Assembly: GCF_009914755.1 (NCBI RefSeq)
Contig: NC_060928.1
Origin: the human T2T-CHM13v2.0 reference genome, Homo sapiens
DNA length: 64,000 bases
Reading direction: 5' to 3' (one strand)
Positions 14,368 to 34,714 of the stretch are shown piece by piece (positions within the stretch are counted from its first letter, which is position 1; every line of letters begins with the position of its first letter). The position numbers and the translations under genes were made by a program. The notes below the pieces were generated by a model that did not search any database, was not told where the DNA came from, and worked only from the letters and a program-made list of their open reading frames with translations.

Positions 14368-15429
14368 AAAAATTTGTTGGACAACCATATGCTTTCAATA
14401 AATCTTTTTCATGCCTTTAATCTTTTCCACTTGTAGCATTTTCTTTAAACTATTATTCCTTTGAAATGTAGCAAATATCCAAAGTAATGATATTAGCTCT
14501 GAACAAATAACACAGCACTAAGATGGAAAAACTGTATTCATAAGTCTTTTTATAAAATACCTCTATCAAACCATGCCTCTGTGAACTGAGAAATAAACAG
14601 TATGTTAGCTTCTGTATCACAGACAGACTTGAGAATAATTCACTCTCTTGCTGAAGATTAGTGATTGGAAAAATGGTAAAAAAAATAGAAATTATGTTAA
14701 AACTTTTTATTTCATTGCAAATATGATAAGTAAATGTGAACAAACGTCTCAGCAGTACAAAGCTTTATTTCTTCTCAATGAAATGATTATAATGGCTTAG
14801 AGAGAAATATCTTTAAAAATACATCCTTGACCAGGGCAAATGAGTGCATTGAGGGAAAATATCATGATTCCTATCAAAGCTTTTTCTCTCTAGAGCCTTA
14901 CACCATCATAGAGAAAAACAAATGTAAATTTCTTATGAATTGCAGATAAATTACATATTCTATGAGTCATAAAAGAAGCAAGCAATACGTCATTGTTTAG
15001 TTGAAATTATAGACTGATCATTACAATCTTCTTCATGCATTATACTATTCAGAGAGATAACCATGCTTTTTTTTACTAAAAAATGTGGAACAAGACAAAA
15101 TATTACCCTCTGTGTCTATGTAATAGTTTTGCCACTTTTAATTAACTATTGAAGTAGGTCATAGAGCTGGAGGAAACAGGGGAGGAGGCTAATAACTTCA
15201 AATTTAATTTTTTTTAGTATATGATTTTCACCAGAAAAGTAAAGTCAATTAAAAATATTAAAAGTTTTTCGCATTTTACATTTAGAAGGAGACTGGAGGT
15301 AGGGGAAGGGTATAACATACTGTTTTACTGTTTATTAAGTTACAATTTACATAAAATAAATTGCACAGATTTGAAATTTGTTGCATTTTGAGAAATGTAT
15401 ACACCCATATAACTGAAAAATATACCCAT

Positions 15430-16733
15430 ATAACTATGCTCAAAAGGGCACTTACATTTGCTATTACTGCTGTCTTGAAATTCTTAATAATTTTATCATT
15501 GAACTTGTGTTTCACAAATTGAGTCTGATTGGACAATGGAGAAATGTGTTTGTCTGCTGTTCCTTGCCATACCATTCACATATGGACTTTACAGTACCAC
15601 ATCAAGACAGAATTCCAGGGCACAAATGATAGATGGGAGTTCATCGAGACTCAAAGTGAGCTAAGCGAGTTGCCTCTATGAATAAGTATTGGTGCCAATA
15701 ACCTCAGAAGCTACACATTCTATTCCAAGCAAAATTTCTTTCAAGCACAGAAAAAAGGCAATGATTTTCTTTAAAAAACTCCTACTTAGGAACCCTATCA
15801 TATACTTTGCTACTTGTGTTCTTTGCCTGTATTGGCCAACCACTTACGTAGGAAATGATGCTATGAAAGGAAAGGAAAGATAGGGCAAATGTAACCCATA
15901 TTTCCTTTTCTCTTCAGACCTTACCTACTCATCACTAAGCCACCAGTAGAGAGGGTAGTAGAATGTTCATGTATCAAGAAGTGAAATAAAAACAGTAGAA
16001 TTAGTTTTGTGCAGTATTTCCACTGTTTGAATAAGAAAAAAATACATATGCATGTATGAACTACACAATATGTGCTGTGTTCTGAATACTTGTGTCCCCC
16101 CAAAATGTTGAAACTTAATCTCCAGTGCAGTGGTCTTGGGAAGTGGGGCAACTGGAAAGTGATTAGGTCCTGAAGGCTAAGACCTCATGAATGGGATTAT
16201 TACCCTTAAAAAAGAGGCCCGAGAAAGCTTGTTTGTCTCTTCTACCACATCAGGACATATCTAGAAGGAGTCATCTTTGAAGCAGAGAGAAAGCCCTCTC
16301 CAGATACCAAATCTGCTGGCACCTTGATCCTGGATTCCCAGCCTCCAGAACTGTGAGCAATAAATTTCTATTGTTTACAAATTACCTAGTTAAAGGTATT
16401 TTGTTATAGCAGCCTGAATGGACTAAGACAGTATGAACTGTGTAAGTTCAGTTATTCTGCATAAAAGTTAAATGTTCTATATTTGCATGTAAAACTTATG
16501 TTGTACAAAAGATGAACAATAATTTTTACCACTTAATACTAAATTAAATTTAACAACTTTAATTTTTCAATTTGTTGGAACAATATTAAATAGCAAGTAA
16601 AACTACTATGACATGTCAAGAGAGAAACTGTAAAAGAAAGAAAAGGTTTTATCCTAGTACTTAAAGGCACTTTTTTCCATTTTTGCACATTTTTGTTTGG
16701 CACTGAGCTACACAAATTATGTCACCACCTTGC
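15430..16733 (+). mobile_element. hAT-Tip100 family (Zaphod/MER115/MER91-like) DNA transposon remnant
   Basis: gctgtcttgaaattcttaataattttatcattgaacttgtgtt near the start; ttttgtttggcactgagctacacaaattatgt near the end; interrupted by an MLT1A LTR. Confidence 0.6.
16073..16430 (+). mobile_element. MLT1A-type MaLR solo LTR
   Basis: tgctgtgttctgaat...cagcctccagaactgtgagcaataaatttc...ggactaagaca; imperfect TSD atatg/gtatg. Confidence 0.88.
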
Positions 16734-16759
16734 TGCATGCCAGAATGAAATTCTTACAG

Positions 16760-18170
16760 TTTTGCTTTATGTCGTTTTTAGCTACACATAAAACTTTTAT
16801 GCAGTTTTTCCATGTTATATAGCAGCAGTTCATTCCTTTGTATTGTTGAGTAGAATTCCATCTCATGACTATACAATCCCCCTTTGATATTCATACTATT
16901 TCAAGTTCAGAGGTATTGAGAATAAAGCTGCTATGAACATGCTTGTAAAAGTCTTTTTCTGGATATTACTTTTTAAATGTTACATGAATATATATAATTT
17001 TAAATAAATGCATGAATGGGATGATATTATTCATACAAGTTTAAAACATTCTTTTTTAAATCATTTCCTATTTTTAAAATTTTGCTATACTCTCCTATCC
17101 CCCTGTCATCCCTATACTCCAACCCACATCACATACACCCTTGAGGTACTGATATTAAGTTAGAATTTATCATTCATGTTTTTCATGTTTCTGTAAGACA
17201 TGCAAGTATATAAACATACACAGATGTAGCATATACACATATTAATATGCACGTATGCACGTGTATACATCTAGCATGTATGTGATAACACCTAGGAAAA
17301 ATAATAACCATCTCAATACACACATTTCTTGCTTTTTTCACTCAACAACACCTCATAAAAATTTTACTATGTCTACTAGTATAGCTAACATTCCATTTTG
17401 ATGAACATTTACTTTTGCTTATTTACTTATGTATTCATTTATTCTATTCATTTGCTTATTTATTTTTATCACAACAAATGATGCAGCAATAGAAATCTTT
17501 GGAAATATATTCTTACGTGCTGAGGCATATAATTCCATGGGATGTTTTTCAAGTGAAGGACCACTGGGTTAAAATGCATGTGTGTGTGTGTGTTTTAATT
17601 TTAATAGATGTTTCCCAGTTGCTTTTTCAAAAAGTTATCAAATAAATATTTTCATAAGCATGTTTGAGAATTCACATTTTAAAATTCACATTCCCTGTAT
17701 CCCAGAAGCAGCTGGTGTTAACAGCCTTTTTAATTTTAGCCAATCCGGTAGATGGAAAATAATATTTATTCGTGAGTTTAAATTTGCCCTTTCCTGATCA
17801 TTAGTGAGCTTGGTCTTCCTCTCAGCTCTTCTTGGTCATTTGGATTTGCTCTTTTATTAATTGCCTAAATAAGTTTGTCATATTGTTAAGTTTTCTATTT
17901 GTTATATTAATTGAAAAGTATTTATATTGTTATTTGTTTTGTGAATTGTGTTTTTTGCCATATATTTTTCATGTCTTTTAGTAAAATATATCTACCTTTA
18001 TTTGTATAGTTTCTAAGTTTCTAGACTTGCTTAGGAAGGTCTTCCACAAACCTAGACTGCATGTAGCCTAGATTTTAATGAGGGAGTTTTATCTTATTTC
18101 TTACACTTATAAATTTATTATATAATTAATTTCCAATTGTATGAGAACCATTTATTAAATAATTCACCCT
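16760..18170 (-). mobile_element. Old L1M (L1ME-like) fragments
   Basis: Motifs such as aataaagctgctatgaacatgcttgta and gaaccatttattaaataa; highly decayed. Confidence 0.5.
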
Positions 18171-18229
18171 CTGTCCCTGAAGCAATAGCTTTGTCACTTA
18201 CTAAATTTATTCTTAAGTATTTCACAGCT

Positions 18230-18541
<312 letters not shown>

Positions 18542-19219
18542 ATTATAATTTTAAAAATTTACTATACAGGGGTTTATTACTACAGTGGAGAACAATGCTT
18601 GTTTTCAAATTTAGGTAGTATTTAGCCATTTTATTGTATTTTCTTTTTAATTCCAGTGGACTTCTTGTCCCTCTACCCACATTCATTTTGCCAGGGATAT
18701 ATCCATACCATCAACAACAACAAAAAAAACTAGCTATAGTTCTCCTCTCCCAAAATATATGCCAGCTATTCTTTTCTTTTCTTTCTTCCTTCTCCTGCTT
18801 TTCTTTCTCCTCCTTCTTGCCTTCTCCTCCTCCTTCTTCAATTATTGAAATTGCTAAAATCACCAAGACAATTGTAAATAACAAGGACAAGTAGTATGGC
18901 AATAGCAAGCATCCCAGCTAACACTTAATTTTAATGGAAATGAATTCAGTTTTGCTATTTCAAGTAATACTCATATTTTAGCAAATAGTATGAATCACCT
19001 TAAGATAATTTCCCTTCTATTTTCATTTTATTTTGTTAGGAATAGCTACTAAATTGTATCAAATTATTTTTAGGTTATTATTGAGATGATCATATTGATA
19101 TTTTTGAAATTTGTAAATGTAGTACATGATTTTAATAGATTTTTCCTCTCAAAATGTGATAAACCCACATAGAACTGGTTTTTTATTCATTTTCTATGTT
19201 ACTGGGCTCAATATGACAC

Positions 19220-19346
19220 TTTTTTTCTGAGATGGGGGGTCTTGCTATGTTAACTAGGCTGGCCTCAAACTCCTGGCCTCATGCAATCCTCCCATCCTGG
19301 CCTCCCAAAGTGTTGGGATTACAAGTGTGAGCCACCATGCCTGACC
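19220..19346 (-). mobile_element. FLAM-type Alu monomer
   Basis: gagatggggggtcttgctatgtt...cctcccaaagtgttgggattacaagtgtgagccacc. Confidence 0.85.
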
Positions 19347-19419
19347 ATGCCACATTTTTAATAGAATTTTTTACTAATATATATCACAAATATATTCATA
19401 AATTTAATATCTTTTGTGC

Positions 19420-20330
19420 CCTTTACTCAGTTCTTCTCAATAGTAACATCTTGTAAAACAAGATGGCAAACAGGACATTAACATTGATGCAGCCAAGATA
19501 GAGAACATTTCCGTCACCACAGGGATTCTTTATGTTGCCCTTTTGTAGAGATATCATTTCACACCTGTCCCCACCCACTTCGTAGCCCCTGCCACTAACC
19601 TATTCTCCATTTCTATAATTTTTGCCATTTCAAGAATGGCATATAAATGGAATCATACAGTATGTAATCTTTCAGGATTAGTCTTATTCACTCAGGATAA
19701 TTCCCTAGAGATTCATCCAGGTTCTTGCATGTATCAATAATTTATTCCTTTTTATTGCTGAGTAGTATTCCATGACATGGATATACGACAGGTTGTTTAA
19801 CCATTCACCCACTGAAGTACATCTGGGTTATTTCCAGTTTGAGGCTGTCACAAATAAAGCTGCAATAAATATGTATGTGCAGATCTTTACATGACCATAC
19901 ATTCTTCACTTCTCTAGAATAAATACCCAGGAGTGCAATTGCTGGGTCATATAGTAGTTGTATGCTTCATTTTGCCAAATTGCCAAACTGTTTTCCAGAG
20001 TGATGTGCCACTTGGCATTCCCATCAGCAATGTATGAGTGATCCAGTTCCTCTGCATCTTTGCCAGCATATTGAGTTGCCACTATTTTTTATTTTAGTCA
20101 TTCTGATGGGTTTGTAATGATATCTCATTATAGTTTTAATTTGCATATTCCTAATGGCTAATGATGTTGAATATCCTTTCATGTACTTATTTACTATCTA
20201 TATATCCTCTGCTGAAATCTCTTCCTGTCTTTTTGTCATTTTTTAATTGTATTGTTTGTCTTGAGGGTTCTTTATATATTCCAGATATATCTCTTGTATA
20301 CTCCTTTGTAGGATATGTGGTTTTCAAACA
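19420..20330 (-). mobile_element. L1M (L1MC-like) 3' fragment
   Basis: tataaatggaatcatacagtatgta...ttccttttattgctgagtagtattcc...tgccaaactgttttccagagtg. Confidence 0.75.
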
Positions 20331-20384
20331 AGTATTGAATTTTATCAAATATGTTTTCAGCATTGATGGATATAATCATATGAT

Positions 20385-20780
20385 TTTTAGGGCTATGGTT
20401 GAAGAACTGCAGTATCAGTTTCTTTACTGTCAGCTATGGGCTTCCTATAGCTCCTAGACACCTCTGTCTGGTTCCTGCACACGGACTTCTACATCTTAGA
20501 ACCAGCAATGAGTGGTACATCAGATCCTTTTTATGCCCAGAATCTCTCTGGCTTCTTTTTCTGCTATATCTCACTAACTCCAGCTAGAGAAAAATTATCT
20601 CCTTTCATCAGCTCCTGTTATTAAATTGGGCCCACTCAGATAATCTAGGATAATCTCTCTATCTTAGGCCCTTAACCTTAATTGCACCCTCAAACTCCCT
20701 TTTGCCATGTAACACAACATATTCACTGGTTCTAGGCATAGCAGCATAGATGTCTGGAGTGCCACTCTGCCCACGATAGT
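20385..20780 (-). mobile_element. MLT1-type MaLR LTR fragment
   Basis: attgggcccactcagataatctaggataatctc...cccttttgccatgtaacacaacatattcac. Confidence 0.75.
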
Positions 20781-20824
20781 CTCCAACTTTCCATTGATTT
20801 CTAGTATTTGTCCCATTACATGAT

Positions 20825-21060
20825 TCATAGTTCACAATGTGCCAAGCACTGTGCTAAAACTTTTATGGCCATTAATTCACATTTCTTAATGAAAATTCTA
20901 TTGTGTAGGTACTATTATCATTTCTATTCTTACAGATGAGAAAACTGAGACACAGAAAGGGTAAGAAAATCCTCTAAGGTCTTATAGCTGATATGTGGCA
21001 GAATCAGAATTAGAACCTAGGCCAAATGGCTCCGAATCTGCATTCTTAGCATTTCATTAT
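20825..21060 (-). mobile_element. MIR SINE
   Basis: tgtgccaagcactgtgct...tacagatgagaaaactgagacacagaaagg core. Confidence 0.8.
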
Positions 21061-21749
21061 ATTGCTGCCTTGTAATTTTCCATTTGATACTTTCTTTGAT
21101 CCAGTGGTTGTGTTCATATGTAATAGGTTTTAGAGGACATATAGTCCCTGCCACAATATTCTAATTAAATTTTTGTATTTGTCATCATATAATGTCTCAA
21201 TTTACTTTATTTACCGCTTTTAGCCTGACATTCTTCTCATCTGACATCAATATTGCCATTTCTGACTTCTTTTTGTATTTTCCTAACATGCCATTCTCCT
21301 TCTATTCATATTCCCTTTACTTAAAGTATATATTTGTAAAGTCACATAGTGGGGATTTTATTGGCCCATCTGACAGTCTCTGTCTTTTAATAGATTAATT
21401 CAGGTCCATTTACATTAAGAGTAATGACTCATTTACTAGTCTTCTGTGTCTAACATTTTTTCTTATGTTTCTCATGCAATTTATGTTTCCTTTTTTTCTT
21501 AGTTCTTATTTTTAAAAATTTGTTAAATGTTTTCATTCCATAGTTTTCTATGTACATTTGGAAGTTCTACTAATTTCTAACATTTCTTTAATGATTACTA
21601 CCCATTTCCCTATACTCATTACGAGATACCTATTTCTCTACTACTGTTTGTAAACAAGGTACTACATTTCTCATCAAGGCATACATTTTCTCCTACCAAG
21701 ATGTCATAGATCACCATGGCTTTCCTTAGAGGGCTAACTCTGTTTCCAC

Positions 21750-24480
21750 TTAGGGTGTAGAACTCCACAAAAAAATGTTGTTCCTACCTAATAACAACAA
21801 CAGAAGAAACTAGATAATTTACCAAAAAAAAATCTTTCTTATGCCCATCAGATATATGAGGACACAAGGCAATCAAGTGAAGTAATTTCCAATGAGTAAG
21901 CAGGCCTTAAAAGGAGAGAGGAGACCCGAAAACTGTTTTATCTTTGGCACTTCACGAAAGGATGAGTTAACCATCGTAACAGCAGATGAGAAGAAATCAG
22001 CAAAAATTTTAACAAATTCTTAAAAACTGATTAGATACAAGCGTGATCACTTAAAATAACTGAAAGCCACAAACCCAAGAGGATTTCTTACTGACAAGCT
22101 CTATTCCACTGGCCTTCACTGAGTGCACACAAAAAAAATTGGGAGTAAAGCAGGCACAGCTCAACTCCTGATTATATTGACTCAACTTTTCACACTGACA
22201 GCCCAAAGAATAGGCATCCCCATTTTGGGGCATAAGTTCTATTTATCTCAATCTCTGTTTTTCCCAACACAGGATATCTGCCCTTAAATAAAACATAATG
22301 AGATACACAAAAAAAAAAAAGAAAAAAAAGAAAAAAAAAAACAACCTGTTGTCAACAGAACCAGACTCAGCAATAACCTAGATGTTGAAACCATTAGACA
22401 AAGACTTAAAAATAACTATGACTAATATGTTAAAGAATGAAGTGGAAAACATGAACAGCATACTTGAACAGATGAAGAATTTAAAAAAAAAATTGAACAA
22501 ATAATTGTTTTAAAAATGCTAGAAATAAAAACATGGTATCATAGATCTGTGCTGTTCAATATAATAACCACTAATAAATGTGGGTATTTTCTAATCAAAA
22601 TTTAAATTAATTAAACTAAAATAATATTTAAAATGTATTGCTTCAGTCACACTTGCCACATTTCAAGCCACATGTGGCTAGTAGATGCTGTATTGGACAA
22701 GAATTTTTTCATCAGCCCACAAGATTCTATTGGTTAGCACCATTGTAGAAGAAGAAAAATTTTTATAGGTTTATCAGCAGACTAGATACAGCTGAGGAAA
22801 GAATTGGTATACTTGAAGATATGTCACTAAATATTATCCGAACTGAAATACAAAAAGATAAAAGAGTGTAGAAGAACAGAGTGTATAAGGGCTATGATGT
22901 ATCAAATAGTCTAACATACAGGAGATTGGGTATTCAAAGGAAGAATAGAAAAAGTATATGGCAGAAGAAACAATTAAAGAAACAGTAGCTTAGAATTTTC
23001 TGATATTAATGAAACACAGCATAGATCCCAGAAGCTCTGAGAACTCCATACAGAATAAATGCAACACACATAGACATTTTCAGATACATCACAATCAAAC
23101 TGCTGAAAACCAAAGATATACAGAAAATACTGAAGGCACTGAGAGAAAAAAGAAACATTACATACAAACATGAGAATTATACCACATTTTTTGTCAAATG
23201 TTATGCAACCCAGAAGACAACAAAGGGACATCTTTAAAATAAGAAATGGTCAACCCAGAATTCCAAATGAAGTTAAAATATGTCTCAGAAAGGGAAGCAA
23301 AATACAGGCTTTCAGACAAACAAAAACAAAATTCAACGACAACAGACCTGTACTAAAAGAATTGCTAACTCAGGTTGTTAAAGTAGGGAAAAAAAAGTAT
23401 GCTACTACATGGAAATGTATATTTACACAAAGAGATAAAGAATGACAAAAAATGTTTAAATGGTAAGATTTAAATCCAACCATATCAATAAACACAACAA
23501 ATACAAATTGTATGTAAATATTCCAATTAGAAGGTATAGATGGTCAAATTGGATTATTTAAGAAATTAAGGCCCAACTAGATGTGGTCTACCAAAAACTC
23601 ACTTTAAATATAAATACGCCAGTTAAAAGCAAAAGAACAAAGAATATATATTAGGCAATGACCAATCAAAACTGGATTATCTGTATTAATAACTGACAAA
23701 GTAGATTTCTGAACAAGGAATGTGCCAGGGATAAAGAATGATATTATATAAGGAGCAAATGATGAATTCATCAAGAAACTATAAAAGTCCTATGTATTCA
23801 TGCACCTAATAATAGAACTCCAAAAAAAAAAAGCTGATAGAACTAACAGACAAAAATGGGCAAATTCACAATTACAATTAGAGATTGCAATACTCTTCAT
23901 AAAATTAATTGATAGAACATATTGACAAAATTACAAGGATATGAAAGAACTCAACCACACTGCCAGAAAACTTCATTGACATTTATAGAAAACTACACCC
24001 AACAAAATTAAAATACACATTCTTTTCATGTTTAAATGACATAATGACTAAGATAGGCCATATTCTTGGGTTACTGAGATAAATCTCATATTTAAAAGAA
24101 TTGAAATCATCCAATAATATATGAAAATTCACAATGAAATTAAACTATAACTTAGTAACAGAAAGACATCTGGAAAACCTCCAAATATTTAAAAATTAAT
24201 GCACCTCAAAATAACCCATTGGCCAAAGAAGACGTCACAAGAAAAATTAGAAAATTTGAATTTTATAAATTTTATAAAAACGAAAAGAATATGTTGAAAT
24301 TTCTAGAATGCAGACGAATCATTAGTTATAGGGTATATGTGTTAAATATTTATATTAAAAGTCTCAAATGAATACGCTTTCATCTTAAGAAACTAGAAGA
24401 AAAGGAAATTACAGCAAGCAGAAAGAAGAACGTAATTAAATTAAGAATAGAAGTCACTGAAATTGGGGAAAAAAGAGAAA
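21750..24480 (+). mobile_element. Old L1M element (5' region, ORF1, ORF2 endonuclease remnants)
   Basis: A-rich decayed ORF1/EN sequence (gcacctaataatagaactcc, gacatttatagaaaactacacccaac). Confidence 0.7.
22545..22742. mobile_element. MER3-like hAT-Charlie MITE
   Basis: ctgtgctgttcaata...gtcacacttgccacatttcaagccacatgtggctagt...ttctattggttagcac. Confidence 0.75.
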
Positions 24481-24489
24481 AAAAATGAA

Positions 24490-25098
24490 GACTTAAACTT
24501 AAGACCTGCAACTATAAAACTACTGTAAGAAAATCTAGGGGAAAGCTCTATGACATTAGTCTGGAAAATGATTTTTTGGATATGACTCAGAAAGCACCAG
24601 CAACAAAAACAAAAATAGACAAATGAGATTACATCAAAATAACCGTCTTCTGCACAACAAAGGGAACAATCAACAGAGTGAAGAGATAACCTACAGTATG
24701 GAAAAAAAATCTCAAACTATACCTCTGATAAAACATTAATGTCCAAAATATATAAGGAACTCAATTCAATAGTAAGAAAGCAAAAACTCAAATAAAAAAT
24801 GGGCAAAGGACCTAAAGAGACATTTCTTCAAAGATCTACAAATGATAAACAGGTTCAAGGGCTCAATATCACTAAACATCAGAGAAATGCAAGTCAAAAC
24901 CTCAGTGAGAAATTACCTCATCTCCTAGAATGACCATTAGGAAAAAGATGAGAGATAATATGTGTTGGAATCATATGAAGAAAAGGGAACACTTGTACAC
25001 TGCTGATGGAAAGGTAAATTAGTACAGTCATTATGGAAAACAATATGAAGCCTTCCTCAAAAAATTAAAAATAGAACTATCGTATGATCCAGCAATCA
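24490..25098 (+). mobile_element. L1M ORF2 3' fragment
   Basis: aaatgggcaaaggacct...aaaatagaactatcgtatgatccagcaatc. Confidence 0.8.
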
Positions 25099-25700
25099 GA
25101 AGATGAAGCTGCTCACATAAAGCCAAGCTCTTCCAGGGAAGATGCTTAGCTTTCATTTGAAGCAACGCCTATTAAAAACTAAATTTTGAATAACTCTTTC
25201 TTGGAATACAAGTTCAAGCAACTGAAAAGACCCTGACATGATATGGTCGAGGTAGTCATAATTAAATACATATAAAATTCAGTCACACACAAAGCAAATT
25301 GTGAAGCCTGTCTGAAACACTAGATAGAAAAGGCTTCAGCTAATCATTGGTGCAACTCTATAAGGTATCTGGGAACACATTCCTAAAATCATTCTAAGAT
25401 TGAAATCATGCAACTGATAACAGACATTAAGATTATGTGGTTACAGCTACCATTATACTCCATGGAAAAATTGAAACTCTTTCTCCTAAGATCCAGAATA
25501 AGAAAAGGATGCCCTCTCCTGCCACTTCTATTCAGCATAGTATTGGAAGTTCTTACCAGAGCAGTTAGGCAAGAGAGAGAAATAAAAGGCACCCAAATTG
25601 GAAAGGAAAAAGGGAAATTGTCACTGTTTCCTGACAACATGCTTTTATATATAGAAAACCGTAAAGATTCTACCAAAAAAGCTGTTAGAACTAATAAATA

Positions 25701-30753
<5,053 letters not shown>

Positions 30754-32267
30754 AGAACTAATAAATACAGTAAAGTTTCAGGATACAAAATCAACATACA
30801 AAAATTAGTAGTGCTTCTATACACTAACAACAAACTTTCTGAAAAAGAAATCAAGAGAATAATCCCATTAACAATAGCTACAGAAAAATAAAATACTTAG
30901 GAATAAATATAACCAAGGAGATAAAAGACATGTACACTGAAAACAATAAAACATTAATGATAGAAATTGAAGAAGACACAGATATCTCATGTTCATGAAT
31001 TCAAATAATTAATATTGTTAAAGTGTCCATACTACCCAAAGAGACCTACAAATTTATTGCAATTCTTAACAAAATTCCAATGTCATTTTTCATAGAAATA
31101 GCAAAAAAAATCAGAAAATTCATATAGAATCAGAAAAAAACAAAACAAATAGACAAGACAATCATGAGCAAAAATAAGGCTGGAGGCATCACACTATCTG
31201 ATTTCAAACAGTACTACAAAGCAATAATAAAACAACATGGTAATGGCATTAAAATAGATTCTGACCAATGGAGCAGAGTAGAGAGCTTATAAATGATCAC
31301 ACCCAGTGCAGGTATGTATGATCAATTGACTTGTGACAAAGTTGTCAAGAATATGCCAATGGGAAAAGGACAGTTTCTTCAATAAATTGTGTTAGGAAAA
31401 CTGGATATCTATATGCAGAAGAATGAAATTGGACCTTTATCTCATACCATATCCAAAATTGACTCAAAATGGATAAAAGATATAAACATCAGACCTGAAA
31501 ATTTTAAACTACGAGAAGAAAACATAGGGCAAAAAACTACACAACATTAGTCCGGGTAACGATTTTTTACATTTGACCCCAAAAGTGCAGGCAACAAAAG
31601 CAAAAATGACAAATGGAATTAAATCAAAATAAGCTTCTGCACAACAAAGGAAACAATTAACAGAATGAAAAGACACCCAGTGGATTGGGGAGAAAATATT
31701 TGTAAGCCATACATCTGATTAGGAGCTAATATCCAAAATACACAAGGAGCTCAACTCTACAGACAAAAACAAACAACACAACTAAAAATGGGCTAGGGAC
31801 CTGAATAGACATTTCTCAATAAGCAGCATAAAAATAGCAAACAGATTAAAATTAAAACTTTTAAAAAAGTTTGGTCAATTGTTTATGGGTAGTTGTGTAC
31901 TGAAGTAGCTTGAGGAATCCCTGTTGTATACACAAGAAGAGAAAACTTCAGGAAGAAAATGATAGTTAATAATAGGTGGGATGGCTGCTACAGCCAACCG
32001 TTATTTTTCTTTGCCCACTAGAGACCTATCGCCCATGAACAAGGCCAGTCTCACAGTCACTTATCACAGTAGAAGACTTAGAGTGCAGGCATACTTTGCT
32101 TTATTGCACTTCATTTTATTGTGCTTTGCAGATATTGCCCTTTCTACAAATTGAAGGTTTGTGGTAACCCTTTGTTGAGCAAGTCTGTCAGTGCCATTTT
32201 TCCAGCAGCATGTGCTCAAGTTGTGTGTGTCACATTTTGGTATATCTTGCATTATTTCATCCTTTTT

Positions 32268-32613
<346 letters not shown>

Positions 32614-34714
32614 TGATCTTTGATGTTATTATTATAATTGTTTTGGGGCACCACAAACCACACCCATATAAAACAGCAAACATTGACAAATGTTGTGTGT
32701 GTTCTGACTGCTCCACCAATAGACAGTTGCCCCATCTCTCTTCCTCTCCTCGGGCCTCCCTATTCCCTAAGACACAACAATATTGAAATTGGGCTAATTA
32801 CCCTAAAATAGCTTCTAAGTGTTTAAGTAAAAGAAAGAGTTGCACATCCCTTACTTTAAACCAAAAGCTAGAAATGATCAAGTTTAGTGAGGAAGGCATT
32901 TTGAAAGCTGAGATAAGTGAAAAACTAGGCCTCATGCACCAAACAGTTAGCCAAGTTGTGAATACAAAGGAAACGTTCTTGAAGGAAATTAAAAGTAGTA
33001 CTCTGGTGAACCCACAAATGATAAGAAAGCTAAACAGTCTTATTGCTGATATGAAGAAAGTTTTAGTGGTCTGGATAGAAGATCAAACCAGCCACAATAT
33101 TCCCTTAAGCCAAAGCCTAATCCAGAGCAAGGCTCTAACTCTCTTCAAGTCTATGAAGGTTGAGAAGTGAGGAAGCTGCAGAAGTAAAGTTGGAAGCTGC
33201 AGAAGTAAAATTGGAAGCTGCAGAAACTGCTTCATGAGGTTTAAGGAAAGAAGCCATCTCCATAACATAAAAGTGCTAAGTGAAGCCCCAAATGCTGATG
33301 GAGAAACTGCAGCAAGTTATCCTGAAGATGTGGCTAAAATGATTGATGAAAGTGACTACACTAAACAACAGATGTTCAATGTAGATGAAACAACCTTCTA
33401 TTGGAAGAAGATGCCATGTATAAGTTTTATAGCTAGAGAGGAGAAGTCAATGTCTGGCTTCAAAGTTTAATCAACAGGCCAACTCTCTTTTAGGGACTAA
33501 GGCAGCTGGTAACTTTAAGTGGAAGCAAATGCTCATTTACCATTCCCAAAATCATAGAGTTCTTAAGAATTATTCTAAATCTACTTTGCTCATGCTGTCA
33601 ATGGAATAAAGTCTGGATGACAGCACATCTGTTTACAGCATGGTTTACTAAATATTTTAAGCCTGCTCTTGAGACCTACTGTTCAGAAAAAAAGATTTCC
33701 TTTCAAGATATTACTGCTCATTGACAATGCCTCTGGTCACCCACGAGCTCTGATGGAGAGGTACAAGGAGATTAATGTTGTTTTAATGCCTGCTAACACA
33801 ACATTCATTCTGCAGCCCATGGATCAAGAAGTAATTTTGACTGTCAAGTCTTATTACTAAAGAAATACATGTTGTAAGGTTATAGCTACCACAGATAGTG
33901 ATTCTTCTGATGGATCTGGGCAAACAAAATTTTAAGACTTTCAGGACAGGATTCACCATTCTAGATTTCATTAAAAGCATTTGTGATTCATGACAGGGGG
34001 TCAAAATAACATTAACAGGAGTTTAAGAAGAAGAAGGTGACCCCAATCCTCATGAGTGACTTTGAGGGGTTCAAGACTCAAAAGTGTGGAAGAAGTAATC
34101 ATAGATGTGGTAGAAATAGCAAGAAAACTAGAATTACAAGTGGAGCCTGAAAATGTGACTGAATTGCTGCAATCTCATTATGTACCTTGAATAGATGAGG
34201 AGTTTCTTATGGATGAGAAAAAAAAAAATGGTTCTTGTGATAGAATCTACTGCTGGTGAAGATGCTATGAATATCGTTGACCTGACAACAAAAGGTTTAG
34301 AATATTACATAAACTTAGTTGATAAAGCAATGACAGAGTTTGAGATAATTGACTCTAATTTTGAAAGGAATTCTACCATAAGTAAAATTCTATCAAATAG
34401 CATCGCATGCTGCAGAGAAATTTTTCGTGAAATGAAGAATCAATTGATGCAGCAAACTTCACTGTTGTCTTATTTTAAGAAATTGCCACAGCTACTGTAA
34501 TCTTCAGCAACCACCACCCTGATCAATCAGCAGCCATCAACATCAGGATAAGACCATCCGCCAGCAAAAAGATTACAATTTGCTGAAAGCTCAGATGATC
34601 ATTAGCACTTTTTAGCAATAACATATCTTTATATTAAGATATGTACATTTTTATACATAATGTTATTGCACATTTAATGGACTACAGTATAAGAGACACA
34701 CAACTTTCATATGT

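Noticed and set aside
32874-34500. Domesticated Tigger transposase (TIGD-like gene)
   Set aside because: Broken into short ORFs by many stops and frameshifts; an ordinary decayed Tigger1.
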